A stretch of DNA of 50,777 nucleotides, counting the filler, from Catajapyx aquilonaris (Eukaryota), in NCBI GenBank assembly GCA_000934665.2. It is 2 parts of 2 records of this genome, joined end to end, with 100 filler letters (N's around TTAATTAATTAA, not from the genome) between each part and the next. Parts side by side here need not be neighbours in the genome. Positions count along the whole stretch, not along the records: positions 1 to 25,342 come from KZ539340.1; 1 more part is not named here. One strand, written 5' to 3'. Under the pieces are notes generated by a model. It was given only the letters and a program-made list of their open reading frames with translations. It did not search any database and was not told where the DNA came from. The translations under genes were made by a program, and so were the position numbers. Below are positions 10,515 to 22,690 of the stretch, piece by piece. Within the stretch, counting starts at the first letter, position 1. Each line of letters opens with the position of its first letter.

Positions 10515-13023
10515 GTTTTTTTTTTTCAAAAAATGTTCTCGTGATGTTTACGCCAACCTGCCTGCCTCCTAGCCTCTTCTATTCGTAAAACAGCTGAAAG
10601 TCGTGCATTCTGGGGGAGTAGGAGGTTAGGTGAGGATAGGGGGGGCACATACACACACTAGATGGAAAAAAGGGGGGAATGAGGGCGTCGAGAAAAGGTT
10701 TAACAACTCAACTTTCTCTTCTCACGAATGATATTTAGCGGAAAGGAATTTCGCTAGTTCTGGAGGGAAAACAACACACCTGATACCGTTACCTAGGATA
10801 TGGATTACTATCGTAAACTCGTGCACAATCCTTTTTTTGGTGGACCTAGCCTGGAAATAAATGGGGGGTAAAAAAAGGAGAGTAGAAAATTCCAAAGGCG
10901 CAAATTTAATCAAAAAATATCCGTCTAAGACTTACACCACCACAGACGGCACACAATTATTGAAACAAGTACGTTACATAATTATGTTACAGCTATGTAT
11001 AAAACTCTGTACAACATAAACATAATTATAGAGAGGGGGATACACGTCGAGTGTGCGCATTTTTTTAAAATGGAGACGGGCGGGGCTGAATAATCGAGGG
11101 GATGGCATCATTTCTCAGGATTTATTATCGTGAATTCCGGCGAAAAATTGATCGACCCGACATCCAAAATCAATAATGAACACACATTCAAGTTCAACCA
11201 TCAAAACTGCATAAAAACTCTTTTCTTATGCCCTAATATTATGCATGTAACGATAACAACCAGTTGGCAAATATTGTCGGCTTTGCTACTTTACTGAACG
11301 GCCACCTTTGCACATACTCGTGCGATATATTATCATCTTTCTCTCGTAAATAAAACAAGTTTCTGTGCATAAACTCTTCACAATAATAAATACTTAAGTG
11401 CAAACTCTCGACTTATCTAAAAAATTATATTATTTATTTCCGACCACAGGTTCGTTTGCGTAAAAGTAGATAGTGTACATTATCCTACGTGTCCTGAATC
11501 ACACACTATTGATTGGACTGACAGTTTGAGGAGGGAAACAGTGACGTCATAAGTGTAACACCAAGTAGCTCGTATTATTTACATTGTGCGTCAATAACAA
11601 GCCCAACATTCTTTGACGGGAGAAATAACGCAAGCATCCATCTAGTGTATCCGGTTTACAATAAGTAGAAGTAGAGAACAACAAGTCTTAAAAAAAATCC
11701 GTACGTATACTTTGCTGCATGAGTTCAATTATTATTTGTCATGAAAAATTGATGTAAACAGATAGAAAAAGGTGGGAAAAAGTCATTCATCAGGAATAAG
11801 CATGCAGCCATTCCACCCAGCCCGTGTTGCACATCCCAAATGCATAGGACTAAACTGACGTCACAGTTCACCCGAATTCCAGATATATCAGTCCTCTCGA
11901 CCCCTGACCATGTCGGGCATTTTGTAAAATCCGCCGGATAATTCGGGGAGATGAGAAAAAATAATAATAAAGTCGCGAAGGGCCCCTCCCAATCCCCGGG
12001 ATGGAAGTTTGCACACACTCTAAACAAACATTTTTTGTTCATAGGAGAGAAAAAAAATTGTAATCAAAGAAAAAAAAATCTATTTGAAATATTATCTAAA
12101 CTCTTATATATTGAATATCATTATAATATATATAGACTATATACGCGGAGAGATTTTTTAGGTTGGTTTTTTGTACTCAGGGCGGCGACATTATTATAAT
12201 ATTATTATTACATTTTGGGGGGAGGGGAGATGAGGGGAGGAAGAAGGGTTGTATATAGGAAGTGGTATGGGAGGGGGAAGTCACATAATCATGACAATCT
12301 CTATACAGTTGAAAAAAAGTACAACGTTTTGGCCAACTTTTGTACTTAGCTCCACCGATACATTCCTTCCAGCTATATATTATTTACTTAACTGCAAACC
12401 TTTGTGCCGTGATAAATCTTCAAATCGCTTTTAAAGCAATTTAAAAAAAACCTTCTTTCCGACTGCATAAAACATCCGACGTTATGAACGTACCCACATT
12501 AAAACTACAGAACTAAAACTTGATTCACTGGGCTTGTAAACTCCGACACTTTGTCCAATCAATAAATCGCTACAGCGGTTTCACTTGAAAAAGCCAAACT
12601 GAGTCATTCGGTCTTTGGGGCCTGTCCTTGCCCTGCCTATATTCCCAGCAAAGCACGCACAACTACCTATGCGTTAAGTAGAAGTTGACTATTATATCTC
12701 ATAAAAGCGGTTGTAACAGTGCATATTATGTGCTGATTATCGTCATCGTGCGCGACATTTGCTGTCGGCGGGAAAAATTTTAAACGGAAAAAATACGGGT
12801 TTAAATAAGATCATGATATATTTTTTTCGGGGGCAAAAATTTTAAGTACAAGCTGAACTTTAAAGCGACGCGTACACGATGCCTATTATCATAATAACCT
12901 CTATAATATATTTATATTTTTTTATATACATTCCCGACTCGGATATTGGCGCCGATTGCGAGGAGACATTTGATTGTTAGGCGTGGCGAGAGGAATACGT
13001 CAACTCTGAACTCCCGATCTGGT

Positions 13024-13089
13024 CAACAACAACAACAGCAACAACAGCATCAGCAACGGCAACAACAACAACGACGACTACGACGACAA
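13024..13089 (+). repeat. imperfect (CAA/CAG/CGA)n microsatellite
   Basis: caacaacaacaacagcaacaacagcatcagcaacggcaacaacaacaacgacgactacgacgac, in the presumed 3'UTR of the C-clamp gene. Confidence 0.7.
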
Positions 13090-13345
13090 CATGACAACAA
13101 CCGCATTTTCTGAGACATTCAATCGAGCACTTGGCCACTTGTTGAACTTCCCCCCCTCGTTTATGTTTTGTCTTGGAAGGTGATGAGGAGTGAGGGGGGC
13201 ATGGGGGTCAGGGGGGCATGGGGGGTTGTGATGATTTATAATCATGTGAGTATGGCAGCTGCATCCGAGGTCAAAATGTGGATGAGGGAGAAGGTAAAGA
13301 TGTGTTTGTATTCTTTCTCTCTCCTTTTCTTTTTTCTTTTTTTGT

Positions 13346-16300
13346 TTAGTCGCCGAAACGAGAACAGGCCTTCTTCCACTTGCATTGGGTACACCACAGG
13401 TCCCGGTGCTCCATACCGTAGACCTTGCGGCATTTTTTGCTCTCGCCACGAGCCTTCCTGACGGGGCTCTTCGGGCCCGAGGCAGTGTTGACCACAGTGG
13501 CCACGGAGCAAGGCCCGGTCCCTGACACCGAGGTCGGTGAACACTGCAGGTTCGCAGCACCCATACCGCTGGGCTGCGCACGAGGGCCCAGACGGAACAG
13601 TTTGTGCGGAGATGCCTGAAACGGGCGTCCCCCAAGAAATGGCCATGTTGACACCTGGTCCATGTGATGCGATTCGGGTAATTGTGACAGGTGATGGCTT
13701 ACGGGAGATGCGGGGCTGAGCGGCCAGGAGAAGGTGGTGGCGGCAGCGCTGGTCGGACTCATTCCGCCAGGAGGCAACACGATCTGCAGTGGCGAGTGGG
13801 TGCTCCCGTGGATGGGCACAGTGGGTGTGCTCAGCAGCTGCCGCTGATACTCCGGATCTGTGTCGAAAAACATCAACAAGTCAAATAAGGGCTAGTCCTC
13901 GACCCCGCCAAAAAGGGAACACTGCACATTGATTGCTTTTTATTTCTTCTAAGATGCATAACTGTATCCAGTCGATATTGGGGGGGATGAATGGTCGGGA
14001 AATTCTAAGGGACGAACAAGTCCGTTACGTCACATGTAACTGTACGGGCCACCAAGGGGAAACAATCGTATTGCTTCGACCGGAACTGGGCAAGATAAAG
14101 CCTCTCTTTTTTTTTTACAGTATAGGTATGGTCGAGTCTGATAAGTGGGCGATGGGTGTGAAATGTGGATAAACATAACATCGGTAATGACCTTCGTGTG
14201 GTGGCCTGGCCATGTCCATGTGGGACAGGGTGGGCGGTGAGGGCGATCCTCCGCCGCTGGACAGCCCCTGAGCACATGCGCAGGCGCACGACTGGCAGTT
14301 GGGACACTCGCCCATGGCTGTGTTAGTGCTGGTGGCCGAACTGCTGCTGACCTCGGTCACCTCCATGTTCGGCGAATTGTACTCTGTCTCCATTTCCGCT
14401 TCCAGCTCCAGTTCCGTATAGTAAAACTCTTCCTCTCGATCCTCGGACGATTCCTCCGAGGCCGCCTCCTCTCCCCGGCTGAAGAGGTCCCAGCAACCAT
14501 TTTTATTATACCATTCATACATTACCCGAAGAAGCAAGTTCATGCAAGAGGATGACTCACCCCAGATGTGAGAGGCGGACATGTCGCTCGATGTCAGCGC
14601 AGGAAGATGTCCTGCGGTTGCACCCGGGCCAAGTGCACTGGAAGACCGTGCGAGTGGCCTGCCGAAGAAACACATGGCAACATTGGATATTTTGTTTCTA
14701 ATGAGGGTCTTTGGCTCGAGGGCACGGCGACACACCCACATCGCGAATTCCCAACCGCACTGAAACGCGGAAGGTCTCTTTTATGCAGAGGAAACCTAAC
14801 TGGCCCCTTTGTTCAGTGGGGCACACAGTATAACCCAGGGGTAGAGATTGGCACATCTTATCCCTACAGCAGGTGCGCTATACATGTACCCAATGCATAC
14901 AATGAACAATAGTCTCATGCAGAATACAGGAAACGGGACAGAATATGCAGGGTCTCTGTTCAGTCATTCTGTAATTTTAGGAACAATTACGCACAGCACA
15001 TGGCAACGTAACCGCAGCGTAATGAACCCCCTCCTTGTGAGTGGAAACACTTGAAAGCGGGTCCCGTTACAAGCAATAATTGCAATTACCGGTACTACTA
15101 CTACGAGTATCGCATGGCACTTGTGGTGCTTCTCAAGCCGATTGTCTCGGTTGGTGAAAGAGAGAGCGTGCCTTTTTATTCTCAACACCGTGGAATAAAA
15201 CCGTAGCATGCAAGAGTTGTCAGTCGCCCCCAGTTTGTTGCTACCCAAAAGTGGGTAAGGCCAGTGCAGGTCCACAAAGCGCAAAAAGCAGGGAAGGCTC
15301 TCTGATCGATTTATCAAGCCCTCCCCATCCCCCCTCTCTATATACACAGGTAACATGTGCCTATATACACCACGCGCAGCATATGATTGTGTCGCGACCT
15401 GCCAGGTAAAATTGCCTACTTTCACACAATAACTGACAATGCTATTTTTCATTTCCTGAAGAGCATCGGGGTTTGGATGGGTGCGGAAGGATAAGTGGTG
15501 GGAAGGGGGCAGGGGGGGGGGNNNNNNNNNNNNNNNNNNNNNNNNNNNNNNNNNNNNNNNNNNNNNNNNNNNNNNNNNNNNNNNNNNNNNNNNNNNNNNN
15601 NNNNNNNNNNNNNNNNNNNNNNNNNNNNNNNNNNNNNNNNNNNNNNNNNNNNNNNNNNNNNNNNNNNNNNNNNNNNNNNNNNNNNNNNNNNNNNNNNNNN
15701 NNNNNNNNNNNNNNNNNNNNNNNNNNNNNNNNNNNNNNNNNGGGGGGGGGGATGTATCTATGAGAGAGGGTGGGTTGGGAGATGCGGTGTTGCCGTTTTC
15801 AGATCGATGAGAATGCGACGCATGCGTTCGGCAGGAGGGGGGTTGCTTTGAGAATGAGGAGGTGAGCCTTGGAGGGGGGTGGTCTAAAACGGCCGGGTGA
15901 TGCTTGTTGGGTATGGGGTATTGGGGAACTGTGCAGGGGAGGACCGGGGAGGGAAGGGGGAGGTTGGTCTCATCAAGGCCAGGCGAGCCTTGGGAGGCGG
16001 AAGCGGAAGGCTGCTGGGGCTGCAAGGGTGGGTCCCTCAATGGCCTTGACGACCCTGGACTCGAACCAAAACCCGCAACCTACCCGCGGGCCGAATCCCC
16101 CCACCCTCAAGGACCTTTGTCGCTGACTATATTGCTAATTAACCCCTCCCTGCCTCATCCCACCACCACGCGAATAGGACCGTTCCTATATCATCGCATG
16201 TCCACACTTTTTGTTGTTGTTGTTGAATGTCATTCAATCCCAAACGAAACTTGTTGCGGGGGCTTGCGGAAACTGTCAAAAGGTAGGTTCACTGCCAAAA

Positions 16301-19300
16301 CCTGCACGGACTGCAGAAGAACCTTGTTTCTTTTTTTTGACGCGCCTTACGTAACTCTAAACTGCCGAGGTGAGTTTGACCCATGGACGTGTGTGTATTT
16401 ATAGGGGAAGAGAAAATAGGGGTGGGAGGTGGGTTGGGAGGGAAACTATCTACTCAACTCCACCCCTCCATCACGTATACATTATTTATGTCAAATGTGA
16501 GTTGAGCCTCCTGTTTTCCTTTTTTTCCTTGTGCACCCCCCTGCCTCCAGTAATCTTCCTAATGCGGAACAGAATGCAGTATTTACCTTGTTTGTTTGAT
16601 ACATGGCATCGTCTAGATTCTTTTTATTTATGAAACTGCCAAGAGCTGCCCCGATTTCCTCAGACCGGAGGCACACACGAATGAAATTGGGAAGACCTTG
16701 CAGTTATGCTGTCACGTCACTATTATGTAATAAAGTCCTGCAGCAATTATGCCACCGCATACCAAACACAGCAGAAGAGCTATTAAATCATAGTTTTACT
16801 GATCCGTTGCATTTGGCCACACGCGTCCAAACTGGCTGTGCTTTCCATTGAAAGTAATTGTCCAAGTGGCCCAGTTCCACCATTTGTGAGCAGTAGGCGA
16901 GCAGTGACATTGGCAATGTCACAGCATGCCTCACGCGGAAGAGATAGATGCGTGCCGGCCAAGGATGTGTGGGCGTGCGTGATGAGAGCAGCCTCTTGCT
17001 GGCAACAGAAAATAAACCCGGGAGAGCAGCCCGGGGCGGCCCTAAGACCGCCAGCAGGGTCTAGGTCGCCAGAAATAGTCCGTAGGGGTTTGCCGGCCGG
17101 CCGGCTTATGTGTTGTTATGCAGGATCCGCCCAACTAACCGCCTATAGCGATCTTATACACCTTCAACATCTCCACTCCCTCATTTCACGAATGTGAATG
17201 TTTGTGTTGTATGTGGACGTCCTTGGCCCAGGAAGTCGCTTAAGCGCAGCAGAAGAGAGGGCGCAAAACGTGTGACGCAGTGTTTACATGTTTTCCACCC
17301 ATGAAAAAAAAAAATGCACATGTGCGTATGGGGGGCACTTGCTGCTTATCACAATTTCGTCGCGCACGGAAGCCTTCTTTTGTTTTGCCTGCCCCACCAA
17401 AAAACACGCTCCAGGGCCCCCCCTTCCTGAGACTTGAATAAACAATGCCCAGCAACCTGATTTAGTGCACGTGAGGGGACCCTATAAGCCCCACGCCCTA
17501 CCGTGTCACATACGTCCGATACCGGCGCAAAAACAAACACCCCGGGTAAAACCAGCCCTATACCTCATCACTTCTACCTGGAAACCAAGCTTCGATTCGC
17601 TGACCACACACATGATTACTGGAAGGAGGGGGGTTCCAATATAATTGCGAAGCGGAGTCGGGACTACATGTTGCCGGCCGGCTGAATTATTCAAACATGT
17701 ACCTTTTAACTCTACGTGACAGCATATCTGTCCAATCTATCAATGAATGGCACACGCAATTGGTGCAAGCATCATGCGGTGCTATATGCTGTGTTTGCTA
17801 GCGTCATTTTCGCATCTCATTTCTGCAGCCGAAAATCGATGGTGGAGAAAAGGAAAATGGGTGGGGGTGGACTGGCGGGTTTGGGTGGGTGGGTTCTCAA
17901 TCCCGGAGCCAAAACATTGGGGGGAAATACCGAGCGTCCGACATCGTGCTCCGGGGCCGGTAACCAGACCAGACTCACCTATTGCGTCAGTGCATGGTAA
18001 TACGGTGAGGCCGATGAAAGGCGATTCAATGGCAATCTTTTGACCTGCAAATCGTGACGCATGGCCATTGTCAGTCTGCCAATCAAAAACCTCGGCAATG
18101 GCAAAAGCCGGTCGGAGTACTGCAATTCAGAAAAACACGTGCTGAGTACGTCACAGCCTTTGAAAATCATTCATATGTAAGCGTGTTTCCCCCCGCATTG
18201 TTGGCTGTCAGTTGCGCGGGTTGCTGCTCTCATTATTGGTATGATTTGCTTCCGATAATAATGCCCCCGCCGGTTCTCAGAAAGCGGTCATTCTCATGAG
18301 AATGAATTATTTCTCCCGGAGCAAAATTCCAGCTAAACGGGTTACAGGTATTCCCCCGTCGGCGGTACAGTCCTGCCCGGGTTCGAATCCCCACCGGCAC
18401 CTGGCAGCTGTTTCGAGTGGGTGGGTCGCCAGTCCCAGAAATACGATGATACGAGGTGGTCTCTCCTTACCTTTTTCTTTCTGGGCAGATGCGGCAGGAG
18501 GTTGGAGTCGTCGTCGTCGAGCACGACGCCTTCGTCGACCAGCAGGTGTTGGTTGGGCAAAGGGGGCGAGGGCGTGGCCGAACGGGCGTCCGGCCAATGG
18601 GCGCTCAGCCAGGACGAGGCCCCGCTGCTGCTGCTGCTACTCCCGCTGCTGCTCCCAAAGCTCCCCGCTGGAGACGAACCTTTTTTCGCAGGTGCAAAAA
18701 ACCAGAAAAACCAGGTGAAGGATGTGGCAACCTCGCATCGGCCTTGCTACCACAACGAGAAGGCGAGGCCAGGACATACATGCCCATGACGTCACCTCCC
18801 ACCCACCCCCGTCACGCCACCTCCCCCTTCTCCCTCCCCCTCTTGTAAAATGCAGCTCCCGGAAGCCGGCCGGCAAAAGCCAGCAGCTGGGAGAATAGAA
18901 GTGCGGAGACCTTCCTTCTTCCATTCCGTTCCACAACCCTGCCTTTCTCCTGCTCTCTCTCTCCCTCCTGAGATCTTAGGCAACCTCAACCCATTGGCGC
19001 ACCACTTTAATGGGGTCGTTCCGAGATGGAGATATCCCGCTGCCCAATCTTTATTTCCAACCCAATGACCACGGTGGTACCGGGGTGGGTGGGAGGTGGG
19101 GTAAGTAAGTAAGAAAAAAAAAGAGAAATAAGTCACGCGCGTCACACAATTCCCAGCAACAATGTGCGCAACTTTCTATGGCCGGGCCGGTGAACGTCAG
19201 TCCCCGGCGTAGAATTTCCCCTCCTCCTTTCGACACCCCGGCTGCCACTCGTGGTGACTATAAAAACAACCTCGGAAGTTCATACACATGGCGAGTGACA

Positions 19301-21753
19301 AAAACAGCCGGAGATGTTGACCTCAGGCGGTTCGCGGTGACGTCACGCGCATTTAAATGAAACGCAACACCCCCGGTGGATAGTCCTGTCCTCTTTTTTT
19401 TTTCTTTTTAAATTCCGTCATGACGCAAAGGTTGCGGTGAGGGCTTACTTCACCCCAAAACGGTCAAAATATTTCTCTGCTTTACTAACCTACTATCCTC
19501 ATAACACGCGTCGCACAGTGGCGGGCAAAATCAGTTATCAACAACATGTTTCGCTGCAGTTCGCATTGCACGGGATGATAACTACTTATCGCTATCGGTT
19601 TGGTCCAGCTTTCAAAAGTAAATAAACTCCAGGATTGAAAACAAAAACAGCGGCTCGTGCATGACACTCACCTTCGGGAGGTCGCGGTGAATGTGGACTG
19701 CACGATAGCGACATCAGCACCATCGCTGCTGCACACTCGTCCATCAGGTCCGATCGTGGGTCATCCGCGGCGCTGGGTCGCCGCTTCCGAGACCTGTCAT
19801 TTAAAAATGTCCGGTTGACACCCTGTGGAACCGAAAACGAATCGTCGTACTTACCCGCCTCCGGATGGTACGTCGATGCTCCGGGAGGCAGCGCGTCGAC
19901 GGCCCTCGTCGGCCAATCGCGCAAAGTCCATCTCCTGTTCCATCAGTCGCGCTGATTTGCGAGACTCCAGCAGCCGTACTTCCTCACGTCGCTTCCGGAC
20001 CTCGACCGGACTCTACATAAAAGGGATATCGCTACGTTACACACACTAGTAAAGGACGATGTGACGTCACTACGCAACTTTGTATGGTGAATAAAAGGTG
20101 ACGTCACTGACCTACGACCTTTATGTGTGAATACTGCCGATTTCACTTCGCAGCAACAGTGTGCTGGGGAAGTGCACGTAGCGGAACAATACGGCAGATA
20201 GAGAGATAGAAGCCCCCCGAGAGCAGTACGCAACAACTGCGTACTTTTTAGCTATCGTCCTTGGAAGACAAGTTGGGACCCCCTCCTGTCCACCCAGCCC
20301 CCCCTTTACTATGCTGATAATGTACTGTAAAAGAAGCCAGGGTGTGGAAGGAGGGGGTGTGAAAAAAAATATATAAAGGGAAAAGGGGTTACTAACTGAT
20401 GCTCCCTGTGGCCAGATGCGAAGGAGTAGCTGTGGTGCGTCGGGAGTGCCGTCGTCTGGTACGTCGGACACGACCACTTCGCCGGCCACTTCCCGACCCC
20501 GGTACGTGACGTACACGCGCTGCCCCGGAACCAGTTTCACGCTGGAAGTGCTCCGGAAGCCCGCGCCCACCAAATCCGACTCTTGGAAGTCCTGCCATGC
20601 CATGAAACAAACCAAAAAAATAAAACGTCAGTCGAGCCTAGCCTAACCACCAAAAAAAAAAGAAGAGAAATTACGCAACTGCCGGTTCTTGCTCGCGTGG
20701 GTGACGTAAAGAACCAGCAGCAGATATCGACACAACGGTTGGCAATGAAACACGGTACTGTGACCTTCGTGACGTCTATCTCAGCGGCTGCACTTTTTTT
20801 TTAAAATAAAAAAAAAACGAGCCGCGATGTTGAAACAACTGTGGGGTGGGTTTCGGCAGGTGTATTACAATAATGAGGATTCGCCCAGTGACGTCACTGA
20901 CCTACCCTTATGGCTAAGTGTCACACGGCCTCTGGACACAGATGGAGGCAAAGAGAAAATTTGGGCCTTGGCTATATTCCCAGGGTGACGTCACAAGCCG
21001 GTTGCCGGTTTGCGCGTTTTGCTTGCTGGGTGTACGTTGGTTCGGTTCGGTTCCCACGGCAGAACTTTACTAACGGTACTGCGAATCGCCAGAGATACAG
21101 CCGGGAGGTGGGGGTAAGGTTGGTTAGAGGAGGACCTTCTTGATGAAGAAGCTCACCGTTTTTTCTTCCTCTTCTTCAGTACAGTCCTGCGACGCACGAA
21201 TACGGTAATTACACACACAAAAAGGAGGAGTTGACGGCACCAAGGCCACTTGTGCCCTCGGCAGCCGGAGCATGCGCAATTGGGGACCCACCCAAAAATG
21301 AAACCTTGCGACGTCACTATATAACTCCGGGGCAAGCCAAGGCCATCTGGTGTCGACCGGTGTCCCGAAATGAGAGGACAACCTTGAGTACTGCGACTGT
21401 CACCGTCCCAAAAAAACAACACGGAATCGTGGGATCAGCCATAACGGTACTTTTTTTTATCTCTTTCTAATGCGGAACATGCAGGCGTCGTTAGCGTCGC
21501 TGGGCGCCACTTTCAAGGGGTGGAAAAGGGGGGTTGCTGAATAAAGTGAAAGGTGTACCTTGGCCTGCCTGGAGGTGTCGAGCAGAACGCAGTACGTGGT
21601 GGTGGCCCCCCTGGTGTCCGGTATTCCTCCTCCTCCTCCGCCTCTTGACCTGAGGGCAACGATGGCCCCGGGGTGATACCGTCCGTCACCACCGGGGACA
21701 CAAACCCGGCTGCCCAGGATAGAGCGTTTGGCCAGCCGACGCCCCGTCGACAT
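13346..21753 (-). CDS. ZNF704: ZNF704/ZNF395/SLC2A4RG family (Glut4EF-like) C2H2 plus C-clamp transcription factor
   Basis: Phase-consistent GT-AG exons: 21753-21559 ([17 protein letters not shown]), 20591-20397 ([17 protein letters not shown]), 20012-19855 ([13 protein letters not shown]), 19793-19672 ([17 protein letters not shown]), 18679-18471 ([13 protein letters not shown]), 14658-14561 ([19 protein letters not shown]), 14478-14192 (EEEFYYTE), 13857-13346 (possible 87-nt intron at 13702-13616). The protein ends in the C-clamp [28 protein letters not shown]. Confidence 0.93.
15522..15741. other. assembly gap (220 N) flanked by poly-G
   Basis: Run of N between G tracts. Confidence 0.99.
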
Positions 21754-22019
21754 TCTTCGACAAGCGAGGATCCGGGGTCCTCCTCCTTGAACCTCTCCTC
21801 CGCCCACCCCGGTGTCCGGACCCTCCAAGTCTCCTCCGACTCGGGGCCCAGCTCCTTCTTTTCTCTTCTTCGGGCACCTCTTCTTCGGCCCTCCCTTTGC
21901 CCTCAGCTGCTGCTTCTTCTTTGCTTGCTTGCTAGCTGGCTGGCTGGATTGCTGGCTCGCTAAACCTCCCACCGCCTGCACCTCCACCACTACCTCCCTC
22001 CTCCCGACGCCGCCCCAAC

Positions 22020-22090
22020 AGCTGACCGGCACAACAAAGTCACGTGACCCGGGAACCCCTTTAAACGCACCCCATTGGCTGGGCCCGCGA
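22020..22090 (-). promoter_or_regulatory. putative core promoter of the C-clamp gene
   Basis: Minus-strand order is CCAAT box (22078-22074), TTTAAA TATA-like (22065-22060), then palindromic E-box GTCACGTGAC (22039-22048), about 290 bp upstream of the ATG. Confidence 0.5.
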
Positions 22091-22574
22091 CCCACTTTCC
22101 GCACTCCCTGTTTATGGCGCTTACCATCGCCGGACGAACCCCTCCACCTGTCGTCCACCGACATCCATCCCTATCACCCGGGGTTGCGCACATCCCAACA
22201 CAGGCTCACGGAGCAGGAGCCGGTCGGAGCCATCTTGAATCCCTGGCCTTCCCTTGCAAAATATTGGGGGCGGGGGTTGGCATGGCAACCCAGGGGGGGC
22301 CCTCGCCCGCTTCCTGAATCCATCCCCACCACCCTCCACACACCCTAAATCGAAAGGGGGATAGTTTTTAACCCGCGGGCCATCTCCCAACACCCTTTGC
22401 ATACACAAGTAATGGCCCTACTTATGCAGCTGCATCACAGTGCAGGGTGCAGCATCATCGATATTGCTGTACTTTCATGGAGGATGGAGTAGAAAGTTGC
22501 AATAAATTTTTCGTTTTCGTCGTTCGTTCCGTGCGCCGGTCTTTGGTGAAACGGGAGTGAAATCCAGAAGCATT

Positions 22575-22690
22575 AGCATTCCTTGTCATGCCAACGACCA
22601 CTTTCCCTGGTACAGCATATCCGACCCGGGATTCGAACCTTGAACCTCCAACCAGTAGAAGGGCAGCCCGGAGATTGGTTCTGCAAACCG
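22575..22690 (-). mobile_element. degenerate tRNA-derived SINE head
   Basis: Minus strand has the B-box GGTTCGAATCC (22629-22639) in a context that does not fold as a cloverleaf. Confidence 0.3.

Noticed and set aside
14964..16040. Long ORFs spanning the N gap (also at 45023-45463)
   Set aside because: Artefacts of translating through Ns.
18330..18402. GGTTCGAATCCC T-loop/B-box as a tRNA gene
   Set aside because: No A-box, D-arm or acceptor stem.
21457..22164. 235-aa ORF as an N-terminal extension of the C-clamp protein
   Set aside because: The family-typical start is MSTGRR at 21753. The upstream part overlaps promoter motifs and is low-complexity.
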